Origin: a virus | Strand: one strand, 5' to 3' | DNA: 64,000 nucleotides | Virus record (IMG/VR): IMGVR_UViG_3300045988_039373 | Coordinates: 22,795 to 86,794 of that record | In this document: in pieces, positions 55,867 through 62,771 of the stretch | Numbering within the stretch: position 1 is the stretch's first letter | How the letters are laid out: every line of letters begins with the position of its first letter | Program-made: the position numbers and the translations under genes | Notes under the pieces: generated by a model | Databases searched by the model: none | What the model saw: the letters and a program-made list of their open reading frames with translations, nothing else | Told to the model about the DNA's origin: nothing

Positions 55867-55970
55867 AATAAAAACGCTTGAATATTTTATTATTATTATT
55901 TTATAACCTTTTTGATAGATATTCAAGACTTATTAAACTATCTAATAAGGTTTGTTTCATTTCTATATTG

Positions 55971-56001
55971 CAAATATAAGAACTATTTTTTAATCTACAA
56001 A
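55971..56001 (-). promoter_or_regulatory. Canonical Bacteroidota promoter P1 (TTTG-N19-TATATTTG)
   Basis: The rc reads TTTGtagattaaaaaatagttctTATATTTG. Confidence 0.7.
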
Positions 56002-56076
56002 ATTTTTAGAAAAATATTTTCTTAAAAAGTTTTAATTAAAAATTTATTCAAATATCGCTTTGTTTTTCTCACATTG

Positions 56077-56107
56077 CAAAGATACGAACTTTATTTTAAT
56101 CTACAAA
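56077..56107 (-). promoter_or_regulatory. Duplicated promoter P2 (TTTG-N19-TATCTTTG), 106 bp upstream of P1
   Basis: The rc reads TTTGtagattaaaataaagttcgTATCTTTG. The surrounding ~55 bp is an imperfect direct repeat of the P1 region. Confidence 0.6.
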
Positions 56108-56351
56108 CATTTTCAAGAAAAATTTTTGAGAAAATGAATAATTTTATTTTCAAAATTATTTTTGTGAAAAATTCATAAAATAGAAAATATTGTGCACCCT
56201 AAAAGGACTTAATATTTGCACTTAATTTTGGAGGTTCACAAGGGTAATCTTCGCACGCCTTGTAGTGGGCATATATGATATGTATAAGGATATTCCTATA
56301 TGGCCTATGCCTGTCCTCTAGGAAGTGTGTTATATACCTGTATATTGATAA

Positions 56352-56365
56352 GGCTATTAATGGAC
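56352..56365. promoter_or_regulatory. Dyad-symmetric site GGCTATTAATGGAC (family GGCCAT-WW-ATGG)
   Basis: Embedded in ATAAGGCTATTAATGGACTAAGGT. Confidence 0.5.
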
Positions 56366-56435
56366 TAAGGTGATAAAGAATTAAGGCCCTTAAGATATAT
56401 CCCTCTATAAAAACCCCTTAGTCCTAATTCTATAA

Positions 56436-56449
56436 GGCCATATATGGAC
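56436..56449. promoter_or_regulatory. Dyad-symmetric site GGCCATATATGGAC
   Basis: Embedded in ATAAGGCCATATATGGACTATGGT. The core CCATATATGG is a perfect palindrome. Confidence 0.5.
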
Positions 56450-56519
56450 TATGGTAAGCCTATGGGGAAATGGGTTTCATAGATTAGCCTATAAGGGCTT
56501 ACTAAGTTAGCGTAAGTAA

Positions 56520-56549
56520 AACCCAGATACCTTAGTTAGGCTCTGGGTT
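56520..56549 (-). terminator. Intrinsic terminator after gene 56556-56831
   Basis: The minus strand reads AACCCAGA-gcctaactaaggta-TCTGGGTT followed by TTAC. Confidence 0.65.
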
Positions 56550-56555
56550 AATATA

Positions 56556-56831
56556 TTAATCGAAGTATACCTGAAAGGTTATATACTTGATGTTGAAGGT
56601 AAAATCGGGTTCAATTTCCTCTGGGTCAGGGATTTCGGATGAGAATTCCATAAGGCAATCATCTGTGTTAAGGTAGATAGATATTTCCTTAGCTTTCGAT
56701 TGCATTAGTTCTGGCAATATCGAATCGAATTGTGAAAGTGAATTGGCAATGTAAGATGCCCATGGATAATCCCTAGCGTAATTTACTAAGGTAAGAATGA
56801 TGAGATTTGAAATTTGATTAAGAGCTTTCAT
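56556..56831 (-). CDS. Small acidic protein (91 aa)
   Basis: ATG verified. Lies between two hairpins. Confidence 0.55.
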   Translation of the reverse strand: MKALNQISNLIILTLVNYARDYPWASYIANSLSQFDSILPELMQSKAKEISIYLNTDDCLMEFSSEIPDPEEIEPDFTFNIKYITFQVYFD

Positions 56832-56855
56832 ATGTTTATATTTAATGTATTAATA

Positions 56856-56881
56856 AGGGGTACCCTGTTATGAGTACCCCT
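56856..56881 (-). terminator. Hairpin AGGGGTAC / GTACCCCT after gene 56894-57286
   Basis: 8-bp stem and 10-nt loop. Contains two GGTACC-type half-sites. Confidence 0.5.
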
Positions 56882-56893
56882 GGGATTAATGAT

Positions 56894-57286
56894 TTAGCAA
56901 GTGAAAGGAACTGTTACTGTGTAAAGGTTTTCGAATTCGTTTACCTTAGGTGCCTGACCAAAGCATGCCTCTGGGTCATAGGCAAAGGTATCCCGTAAGC
57001 ATTCAAGGCAAGTGATGCCAGCAGTATCATCGTCATCGAAATGTTCTGGGTCATTGATGGTAAAGGTTAATATGTGTACCCCAGCATCTTGGTTATCGAT
57101 AGTTTGGATTGATACTAGAGTTAAGTAATCAGGAATGATTGTGTTCTCCTGTAGTTCCTGTAAGTAAGGCTTAATGAAGTCTAGCATGCCTGATGGATAA
57201 GAAGGATAGGCATCAGGTGCAGCAATTAATGAAAGATTAATACTCTTTGCAAAATTAAAATCAGTTGTTAAAATACTTGTTTTCAT
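56894..57286 (-). CDS. Strongly acidic small protein (130 aa)
   Basis: About 21 Asp/Glu against about 5 Lys/Arg, including HFDDDDTAG. ATG verified. Confidence 0.6.
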   Translation of the reverse strand: MKTSILTTDFNFAKSINLSLIAAPDAYPSYPSGMLDFIKPYLQELQENTIIPDYLTLVSIQTIDNQDAGVHILTFTINDPEHFDDDDTAGITCLECLRDTFAYDPEACFGQAPKVNEFENLYTVTVPFTC

Positions 57287-57318
57287 ACGTCTATATTTAA
57301 TTAGTTATTATTACAATG

Positions 57319-57350
57319 CAAATATAAATATAATATATTATATATGCAAT
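57319..57350 (-). promoter_or_regulatory. Early-type promoter (ATTGCATAT...N...TATATTTGCAT)
   Basis: -7 box TATATTTG (rc of 57319-57326), and ATTG at rc 57347-57350. The ATG lies 33 nt downstream. Confidence 0.6.
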
Positions 57351-58057
57351 AACCTCAATTGCCTTCGTAGGTTATTAAGGGCCTTGAATTATATTTACCT
57401 TAGTCCTTGAGGCCATGAATGGAGATTGCCATTTACCTTCCCTACCTATAACCTATATTATATAATACCTAATGGTTCTTGGTAATCAAGGTACCCCTAA
57501 ATCACAAAATTGTCCTAGAATACAAAAGTTAATGCTAATATAAATACTAAGCAAATAAATTACAGAGTTACTAGGAATATTACCTAAATATGCCCCTTGA
57601 AGGCCTTAAATCCTATAAACCATTTAGCCCTAAAACCTAATATTTTAATTGCCCAATCACAAATCCGATTACCTTTCCCCAACCAATCTATTATATAATA
57701 GCTATATAAAATGGCTGCTCAGGCAATCGGATTTAGGGGCCATTAATGGTCGGATTTATTTGCCTTTTTAGGCCTTTTTGAGTTTGCCTTTAAAGTGTGT
57801 AGTAGAGCTATATGGTATAGTGGCTATATAGTGAGTTGAGTGGCTTTGTATAGTAGAGGGGTTATCACTTGCCTTGTTTGCCTAAATCCCCAAAACCCCC
57901 GGCGAGGTACCTTGATATATGTATTAGGTATTATTATATTAATAGATGGTATATTAGTTATAGAGGGGATAGGTAGATATTATATTATGTACCTTAGTTA
58001 GCGTTAGTATGATTTTGTTTTATTTTTGTGTTGGGTGGTGTGGGAGGTACCCGGTAT
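57351..58057. other. About 700-bp non-coding tract dense in dyad-symmetric and iterated motifs (candidate origin or regulatory hub)
   Basis: No ORF of 60 aa or more in any frame, and hand-checked ATG-initiated minus-strand ORFs are at most 13 aa. Contains GGCCATGAATGGAG (57411-57424), GGCCATTAATGGTC (57738-57751), the inverted repeat AAATCCGATT (57661-57670) / AATCGGATTT (57725-57734), the palindrome CTATTATATAATAG (57688-57701), and 7 copies of TTGCC. Confidence 0.5.
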
Positions 58058-58261
58058 TTATTCCAGGTACCTTGATATGTGGGATAATGTTATCAGGGCT
58101 ATGGTGTATATTATTAGGGTTAGTAGCTGTGAGATGATATATCTTATTTTGTTTGTTGGGTGGGTATGCTTGTGGGCTTGGTAGATATCCTCATTTCGTA
58201 TTAGGATGAGGATAGTTCCTACGGATAGTATTATTCGGATTATGTGATAGAGGATGTTCAT
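58058..58261 (-). CDS. Small two-TM membrane protein (67 aa), last gene of the early operon
   Basis: ATG verified. ILSVGTILILI and LLTLIIYTIALITL. Confidence 0.5.
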   Translation of the reverse strand: MNILYHIIRIILSVGTILILIRNEDIYQAHKHTHPTNKIRYIISQLLTLIIYTIALITLSHISRYLE

Positions 58262-58506
58262 GGTAGTGATATTATATCGATTATGGTTATATCTGTTAGG
58301 TTTACTTTAAGGATCTCTCTTAGCTTTAGCCTTATGTAGGTACTATGTTTATGCCATGGGTTTATTTCTTGTTTGGGGTAGCGGAGGTAGGTATTAAGTT
58401 CCTCGGTTCTGTACACTACGTTCATTTCTTCGCAGAAGCCTTCGGTAGTCCCAGGTAATGGTCCCGGGACTTCGAATGATACTAAGAATTTACCTAATGT
58501 TAGCAT
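58258..58506 (-). CDS. Hypothetical early protein (82 aa)
   Basis: ATG verified. Overlapping stop/start. Confidence 0.5.
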   Translation of the reverse strand: MLTLGKFLVSFEVPGPLPGTTEGFCEEMNVVYRTEELNTYLRYPKQEINPWHKHSTYIRLKLREILKVNLTDITIIDIISLP

Positions 58507-58509
58507 AGT

Positions 58510-58857
58510 TTATAGTTCGTTGGTTAGTATTCTTATATCGGTAAATTGATTCATATATTCCTCTTCTGAGGATATGTCAAGGCATTTGCATGCTATGTAG
58601 TGGCCGTACATTGATATACCTGTTTGATAGCCTTGGTCTTCGTTTAGGAAGTTAGCTAATGGTATCTTGTCTACTGAGCATATCTTCTGATGACCTGGTA
58701 AGGTTTCTGAATCCGTATATCCTACAAAGTTATAAGTATCAGTGTTATCGGTCAGGATAGCAAATATCTCGATTAGCCAGTTAAAGTCCTCTAGAGGTAC
58801 TCTGTCTAACCATTCCCATCCGATTGGGTATTCGTTTATTGTTATTGTTGGTTTCAT
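58510..58857 (-). CDS. Hypothetical acidic early protein (115 aa)
   Basis: ATG verified. Confidence 0.55.
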   Translation of the reverse strand: MKPTITINEYPIGWEWLDRVPLEDFNWLIEIFAILTDNTDTYNFVGYTDSETLPGHQKICSVDKIPLANFLNEDQGYQTGISMYGHYIACKCLDISSEEEYMNQFTDIRILTNEL

Positions 58858-58861
58858 GATG

Positions 58862-59188
58862 TTAATTGAGTTGAGGGTTAAACATTTGTTTTGGTTGGCC
58901 TAATAGGCAGCAATGAGGATAACCTGCTTCATCGAGGATTCCCAGTATAAGATATCGATTGGTATCTCTGGGAATTTCGAAATAGAAAGCTGGTTTCATG
59001 TCGCCATCTATGAATGTAAAAACTATCTGAGTGTTTTCTAGTAACCCATTTAGTTGTACATGAGAAAGGTAGTTATAAATAGCTTCCCTTTGATTTCTTG
59101 GGTTTTTACCCCATGAGATGAGCATATCGTCATACCAATTTGGATTATCGCATAGCTTTTTAAGTTGTTGTTGAATATACGGTGTCAT
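58862..59188 (-). CDS. Hypothetical early protein (108 aa)
   Basis: ATG verified. Confidence 0.55.
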   Translation of the reverse strand: MTPYIQQQLKKLCDNPNWYDDMLISWGKNPRNQREAIYNYLSHVQLNGLLENTQIVFTFIDGDMKPAFYFEIPRDTNRYLILGILDEAGYPHCCLLGQPKQMFNPQLN

Positions 59189-59478
59189 GATTTGAAGTAA
59201 TAATATAAGTCCTCGATTAGTTTATCCTGTTCTTCCCATATAGTATCTGATACTACGTATTCTGATACGAAATAGTTATAGAAAGGCCCAAATAGTATTT
59301 TTAATACTATGTCCTTGAGTTCGATATTGAGTTGTTCCTCTTCTTCGGTAGAACTGGGTTTGATTGCCTGAAGTTCTGCCTTATAGGATGCCGTTACGGC
59401 ATCCTTTAGGGTTTGAATATATTCTGGGTTAGTTTCCTTGAGAATACTTAATTGTGATTTGAGTTCTTTACTTATCAT
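59185..59478 (-). CDS. Hypothetical acidic early protein (97 aa)
   Basis: ATG verified. Confidence 0.55.
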   Translation of the reverse strand: MISKELKSQLSILKETNPEYIQTLKDAVTASYKAELQAIKPSSTEEEEQLNIELKDIVLKILFGPFYNYFVSEYVVSDTIWEEQDKLIEDLYYYFKS

Positions 59479-59830
59479 GGGGCTTAGCGATTATGGATAT
59501 GAATCCCTGTGGATATTGAGTATAGAATAATTGGTAGTTCCCTGTGGGCAAGAAGACTTGCATTATATTTGCAAGTAAGGGATAGATTTTCCATTGGTTT
59601 TCCTCTAGAAACTTGTTCCAGTCTTCAGATTCTTCTGGATAATTCCCAGATAGTTGGATATGGTACTGTTCCTGGTCAGCAATAAATAGGTTAGTTACTA
59701 CCTGTATTTCATCTGATTCCTTTTTGTATTGGGTGATTGGATACCAGATGCCTTCGGTTTTCCATTTATTAAGTTGGAACAGAGACATGCCCTGTTCCAG
59801 TACGTTGAGTAATTTATATAAGTTTACCAT
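59468..59830 (-). CDS. Hypothetical early protein (120 aa)
   Basis: ATG verified. Confidence 0.55.
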   Translation of the reverse strand: MVNLYKLLNVLEQGMSLFQLNKWKTEGIWYPITQYKKESDEIQVVTNLFIADQEQYHIQLSGNYPEESEDWNKFLEENQWKIYPLLANIMQVFLPTGNYQLFYTQYPQGFISIIAKPHDK

Positions 59831-59835
59831 AGTGA

Positions 59836-60357
59836 TTATTTATTTAGTTGGTTAAATAATTCTGATACTGCAAGTTGTTGGAAGATTTCTGTTTCCCTGT
59901 GGTCTGATTCCCATTTTTCGATAGCATTGTAGATATTGGTATATTGGGATATCATGTCCTCATCTTGTTCATCGTCTTGGATAAATTCCCGGAGATGTTT
60001 TTTGAGTCCGGTTATGATATAATCCTGATGTTCAGGGATTAATTGAAGAACTCCGAATAGGATAGCCTCTACCTGTGAGGGTGAATAATCGTAATATTGG
60101 TCGTCGGCACCCTTTGTTAAGTCCATGTGAGAAATAATGTTTTCCCTGAGATTTTCGAAGAGAACTTCCTCTGAAGCATATGTGATGATATATCCTGAGA
60201 TATAAGCAGCAAAAAGTTCATCCTCTAAGTCGATTGAGTAAACTTGGATATTGGTAGCTTCCTTGTTAATGAGAAGACCATCGGAGTAATCATAAGTATA
60301 AATGGGGTGGGAAGCAAGCAGTTCCCGGATGGCCTCTAAATTTTTTAATTCTTTCAT
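59836..60357 (-). CDS. Strongly acidic early protein (173 aa)
   Basis: ATG verified. Asp/Glu-rich, e.g. FIQDDEQDEDMISQ. Confidence 0.6.
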   Translation of the reverse strand: MKELKNLEAIRELLASHPIYTYDYSDGLLINKEATNIQVYSIDLEDELFAAYISGYIITYASEEVLFENLRENIISHMDLTKGADDQYYDYSPSQVEAILFGVLQLIPEHQDYIITGLKKHLREFIQDDEQDEDMISQYTNIYNAIEKWESDHRETEIFQQLAVSELFNQLNK

Positions 60358-60399
60358 AACGTGTCTATATTAAAATTATTTGAGAAATATTTCTCATTG

Positions 60400-60407
60400 C
60401 AAATATA
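60400..60407 (-). promoter_or_regulatory. -7 box TATATTTG (minus strand) for the 60357-58058 operon
   Basis: CATTGCAAATATAC on the plus strand. The ATG lies 43 nt downstream. Confidence 0.55.
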
Positions 60408-60465
60408 CAAAATTATTTCTAAACTTGTTTTTATAACTACTTTTATTTTTATAAATAGGGAGGTT

Positions 60466-60492
60466 CTGGGAGGTGTTTTGAGTGCCTCCCAG
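60466..60492 (-). terminator. Hairpin CTGGGAGG / CCTCCCAG after gene 60502-60873
   Basis: 8-bp perfect stem and 11-nt loop. Confidence 0.55.
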
Positions 60493-60501
60493 AGGGTTTT
60501 G

Positions 60502-60873
60502 TTAATATTGCCCTGTCATAGTAATGATAATGAAAAGGGATTCATCATTGAAATGTACCTGGATAGTATCTCCATATGAGTTTGACATGTAATGATGATT
60601 AGGGTTAAGTTCTTTTAATGGGTGATGTTCATCCCAATGAGAATTAATGAATTCTATCACGTATTGTTCAAAAGCATCGGATTCTCTGCAGTAGGTTTCT
60701 ACCTTTTCGTCATCGTCTATGGGATACTCCCGGAATTGGAGATTGAGAGTTCCCATATATGATTCATCCGGATTTGAGATTTCGTTAACTGATTGAGCAG
60801 TGTAACCAAAAGCATCAAGAGTTCCATCAAAGTAACCCATAATGTGATTTGAGATTTCGTTAATAGTTGTCAT
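60502..60873 (-). CDS. Acidic small early protein (123 aa)
   Basis: ATG verified. YPIDDDEKVETY. Confidence 0.55.
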   Translation of the reverse strand: MTTINEISNHIMGYFDGTLDAFGYTAQSVNEISNPDESYMGTLNLQFREYPIDDDEKVETYCRESDAFEQYVIEFINSHWDEHHPLKELNPNHHYMSNSYGDTIQVHFNDESLFIIITMTGQY

Positions 60874-60936
60874 AAGAAATAAGTTTTGTGACCCCGTTCA
60901 AGGTCGGTTAATAATTATATTTATTTTTCTCTTATG

Positions 60937-60968
60937 CAAATATAGAAATAATATTTTAAATATGCAAT
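60937..60968 (-). promoter_or_regulatory. Early-type promoter (ATTGCATAT-N-TATATTTGCAT)
   Basis: -7 box at rc 60937-60944, and ATTG at rc 60965-60968. Confidence 0.6.
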
Positions 60969-60973
60969 AATTA

Positions 60974-61007
60974 AGGGAGCCCAGATGTTAGTGTTTCTGA
61001 ACTCCCT
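60974..61007 (-). terminator. Hairpin AGGGAG...CTCCCT after gene 61033-61416
   Basis: 6-bp outer stem plus a partial inner stem. Confidence 0.4.
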
Positions 61008-61032
61008 GAGGTATATTAACTGATTGGGGGGA

Positions 61033-61416
61033 TTAGTATAATTCATCGGCCAGCATTGGTTCCTTGGGCTTATTTAATTTCTCTTTAGAACGTCTTGTAG
61101 CCCAATTCTCGTAGGGTTTGTAACTGAAGCTACGTGTTGTTTCATCGTATGCAGCATATACCATTTGTTTACGGGATATTCTCCTCCCGTAAGTTTTCTT
61201 AAGATTAGCAAACCAATCTAGATACTCCTGTAAAGAGTTAAAGATTTCTTTGTTCCCGTCTAAATCATTTTTAGGACGGGTTTTCCATGTTGCTTCTATA
61301 TAGCATTGATGTAGGGTGATTGAAATAAAGTATCGGCACCAACTACCACCAAAGATAGTGCCCGTGGAGAATTCTATCTCCCGGGCAACTAATGGACTAA
61401 CGTTATACTTTGTCAT
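61033..61416 (-). CDS. Hypothetical basic protein (127 aa)
   Basis: ATG verified. Confidence 0.55.
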   Translation of the reverse strand: MTKYNVSPLVAREIEFSTGTIFGGSWCRYFISITLHQCYIEATWKTRPKNDLDGNKEIFNSLQEYLDWFANLKKTYGRRISRKQMVYAAYDETTRSFSYKPYENWATRRSKEKLNKPKEPMLADELY

Positions 61417-61799
61417 GCGATTGAGAAATTAAGTTGGAAAATCCAGTTGTTTCTATCGAGTTGATTGAATGATATGAACCTCCCATCGTTATCTGTGAAT
61501 TCGTTCATGAATTGAACTGCAGCAGATGCTAATTGTCCCTTATAGGGATTAGTATCGGCAGTTATCACGGATTCGAAAATGAAAGAATAATAGGTAGTAT
61601 CATAAATTTGTACCTGGTTTATATCCAAGCAATTGAGTTTGTAATCATCCTCTAGTTTGATTAAGAGTCCCATTAGAAGATTAAGAAGATTACCCTGTTC
61701 ATCAGAGTCAAGTTCAAATGTAGATTTCTTTTCTAAGAAATTGCGAACTACCTTAGTTAGTTCGTCTGCCTGATTGTAAGTTACTGAGTTCGTTTTCAT
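61413..61799 (-). CDS. Hypothetical acidic early protein (128 aa)
   Basis: The track start at 61829 is a TTG inside the -7 box. The real ATG is at 61799 (MKTNSVTYNQ...). Confidence 0.55.
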   Translation of the reverse strand: MKTNSVTYNQADELTKVVRNFLEKKSTFELDSDEQGNLLNLLMGLLIKLEDDYKLNCLDINQVQIYDTTYYSFIFESVITADTNPYKGQLASAAVQFMNEFTDNDGRFISFNQLDRNNWIFQLNFSIA

Positions 61800-61835
61800 A
61801 TTTTTGTCTATTTTAAAATTGATATGCAAATATAA
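61797..61835 (-). repeat. 39-bp exact repeat, copy A (promoter -7 box + 5'UTR + ATG)
   Basis: CATATTTTTGTCTATTTTAAAATTGATATGCAAATATAA, identical to 63919-63957. Confidence 0.95.
61827..61834 (-). promoter_or_regulatory. -7 box TATATTTG (minus strand)
   Basis: Part of the 39-bp exact repeat shared with 63919-63957. Confidence 0.6.
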
Positions 61836-61904
61836 GCATTTTTATTTTTATAGAAAAATATATCTAATTTATTTTTAGGGAGGCTGAGGATGTGTACACG
61901 CTAT

Positions 61905-61931
61905 GAAAGGCAGTCTAATCCACTGCCTTTC
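61905..61931 (-). terminator. Hairpin GAAAGGCAGT / ACTGCCTTTC after gene 61937-62458
   Basis: Perfect 10-bp stem and 7-nt loop. Confidence 0.6.
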
Positions 61932-61936
61932 AATTA

Positions 61937-62458
61937 TTAAGGTAATTGGGGAGTTAGCAAATATAGAGCCTCTCTTATAATTGAACTCTCCATAGGTTCT
62001 AAAGAGGGTTCCTTGTTCATTAGTCCACCTTTCTTCTTTTCGTTTTCAAATACTTCATGTATGGCTTGCTTTAGTTTAGTAGCTAATACCTCTGATAACT
62101 CCTGAGATTTAAGAGAGATAAGTAACCCTTTTCGTATTTTCTCAATATCTTGGTCATTCTTAGTAATGGGTTTTGCTTCTACTAATTCTTGTATACCCGA
62201 GGAATATTCATCTAACCGTTCATATCCCAAATGTTGTAGGTCATTAATGAAGATACTGAATTCATCGTAAGTAAGTCTAGTATCAAAACCTACCCCATGG
62301 TATAGTTGTACTAAAGGTGTAAGGATTCTCCTCAATGTATTGAAATCCTTTAGGTGGTCTAATTCTATTTCGGACCTAATAGGTACTTTATATACCTTTT
62401 CACCCTTCAGTACTACTAACAGAATCATTAGTCTTGGTGGTAGTCTTTTCTCGTTCAT
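61937..62458 (-). CDS. Hypothetical early protein (about 173 aa; start uncertain)
   Basis: The track start at 62464 is TTG. In-frame ATGs lie at 62458 and 62428, and both overlap the upstream gene end at 62400. Confidence 0.5.
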   Translation of the reverse strand: MNEKRLPPRLMILLVVLKGEKVYKVPIRSEIELDHLKDFNTLRRILTPLVQLYHGVGFDTRLTYDEFSIFINDLQHLGYERLDEYSSGIQELVEAKPITKNDQDIEKIRKGLLISLKSQELSEVLATKLKQAIHEVFENEKKKGGLMNKEPSLEPMESSIIREALYLLTPQLP

Positions 62459-62771
62459 AAGCAAGTTTTTGTATTACAAGTTGTACATAGGTATTTCTTT
62501 CCTTATATATGAACATTACCGAGAGAAGTATCTCATGTTTCGGTAATATCATCTGTATGAAATTGCCTGGGGCAATTACTGTAGCTACTACTGGAGAACC
62601 CTCCTGAGAGAAATTGTCCAGTATCATTTCTGCCCTCTTAATGGGTTCTGGTTTTGTTGGGTCCAAAGTTAGGACTGGAGCAGTTATACATTCCTTGATA
62701 CCTTGTGTTAAGGCATTATATAACCATTCATCTTTTATATCCTCTACTTGGAGGTTTTTCATTGTAATCAT
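62400..62771 (-). CDS. Hypothetical early protein (123 aa)
   Basis: ATG verified. Confidence 0.5.
   Translation of the reverse strand: MITMKNLQVEDIKDEWLYNALTQGIKECITAPVLTLDPTKPEPIKRAEMILDNFSQEGSPVVATVIAPGNFIQMILPKHEILLSVMFIYKERNTYVQLVIQKLAYEREKTTTKTNDSVSSTEG

Larger units (their letters stand above)
55028..56198 (-). other. Compositionally foreign AT-rich two-gene island with its own promoters and terminator, flanked by the 8-bp direct repeat CTAAAAGG
   Basis: CTAAAAGG occurs at 55020-55027 and again at 56199-56206. Interior 60-nt stretches fall to about 15% G+C, clearly below the flanking sequence as read by eye. Confidence 0.5.

Noticed and set aside
57351-58057. Hidden gene readable only under stop-codon reassignment (TAG or TGA recoding, as in some Bacteroidota phages)
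   Set aside because: TAA, TAG and TGA all occur frequently in every frame of the tract. All long structural genes in the window are intact under the standard code.
61800-61829. N-terminal extension MHINFKIDKN on two ORFs (also 63922-63951), and the similar extension at 51590-51622
   Set aside because: The 'M' is a TTG lying inside the TATATTTGCA -7 promoter box. The identical peptide arises from the 39-bp promoter/UTR repeat, not from a conserved protein.
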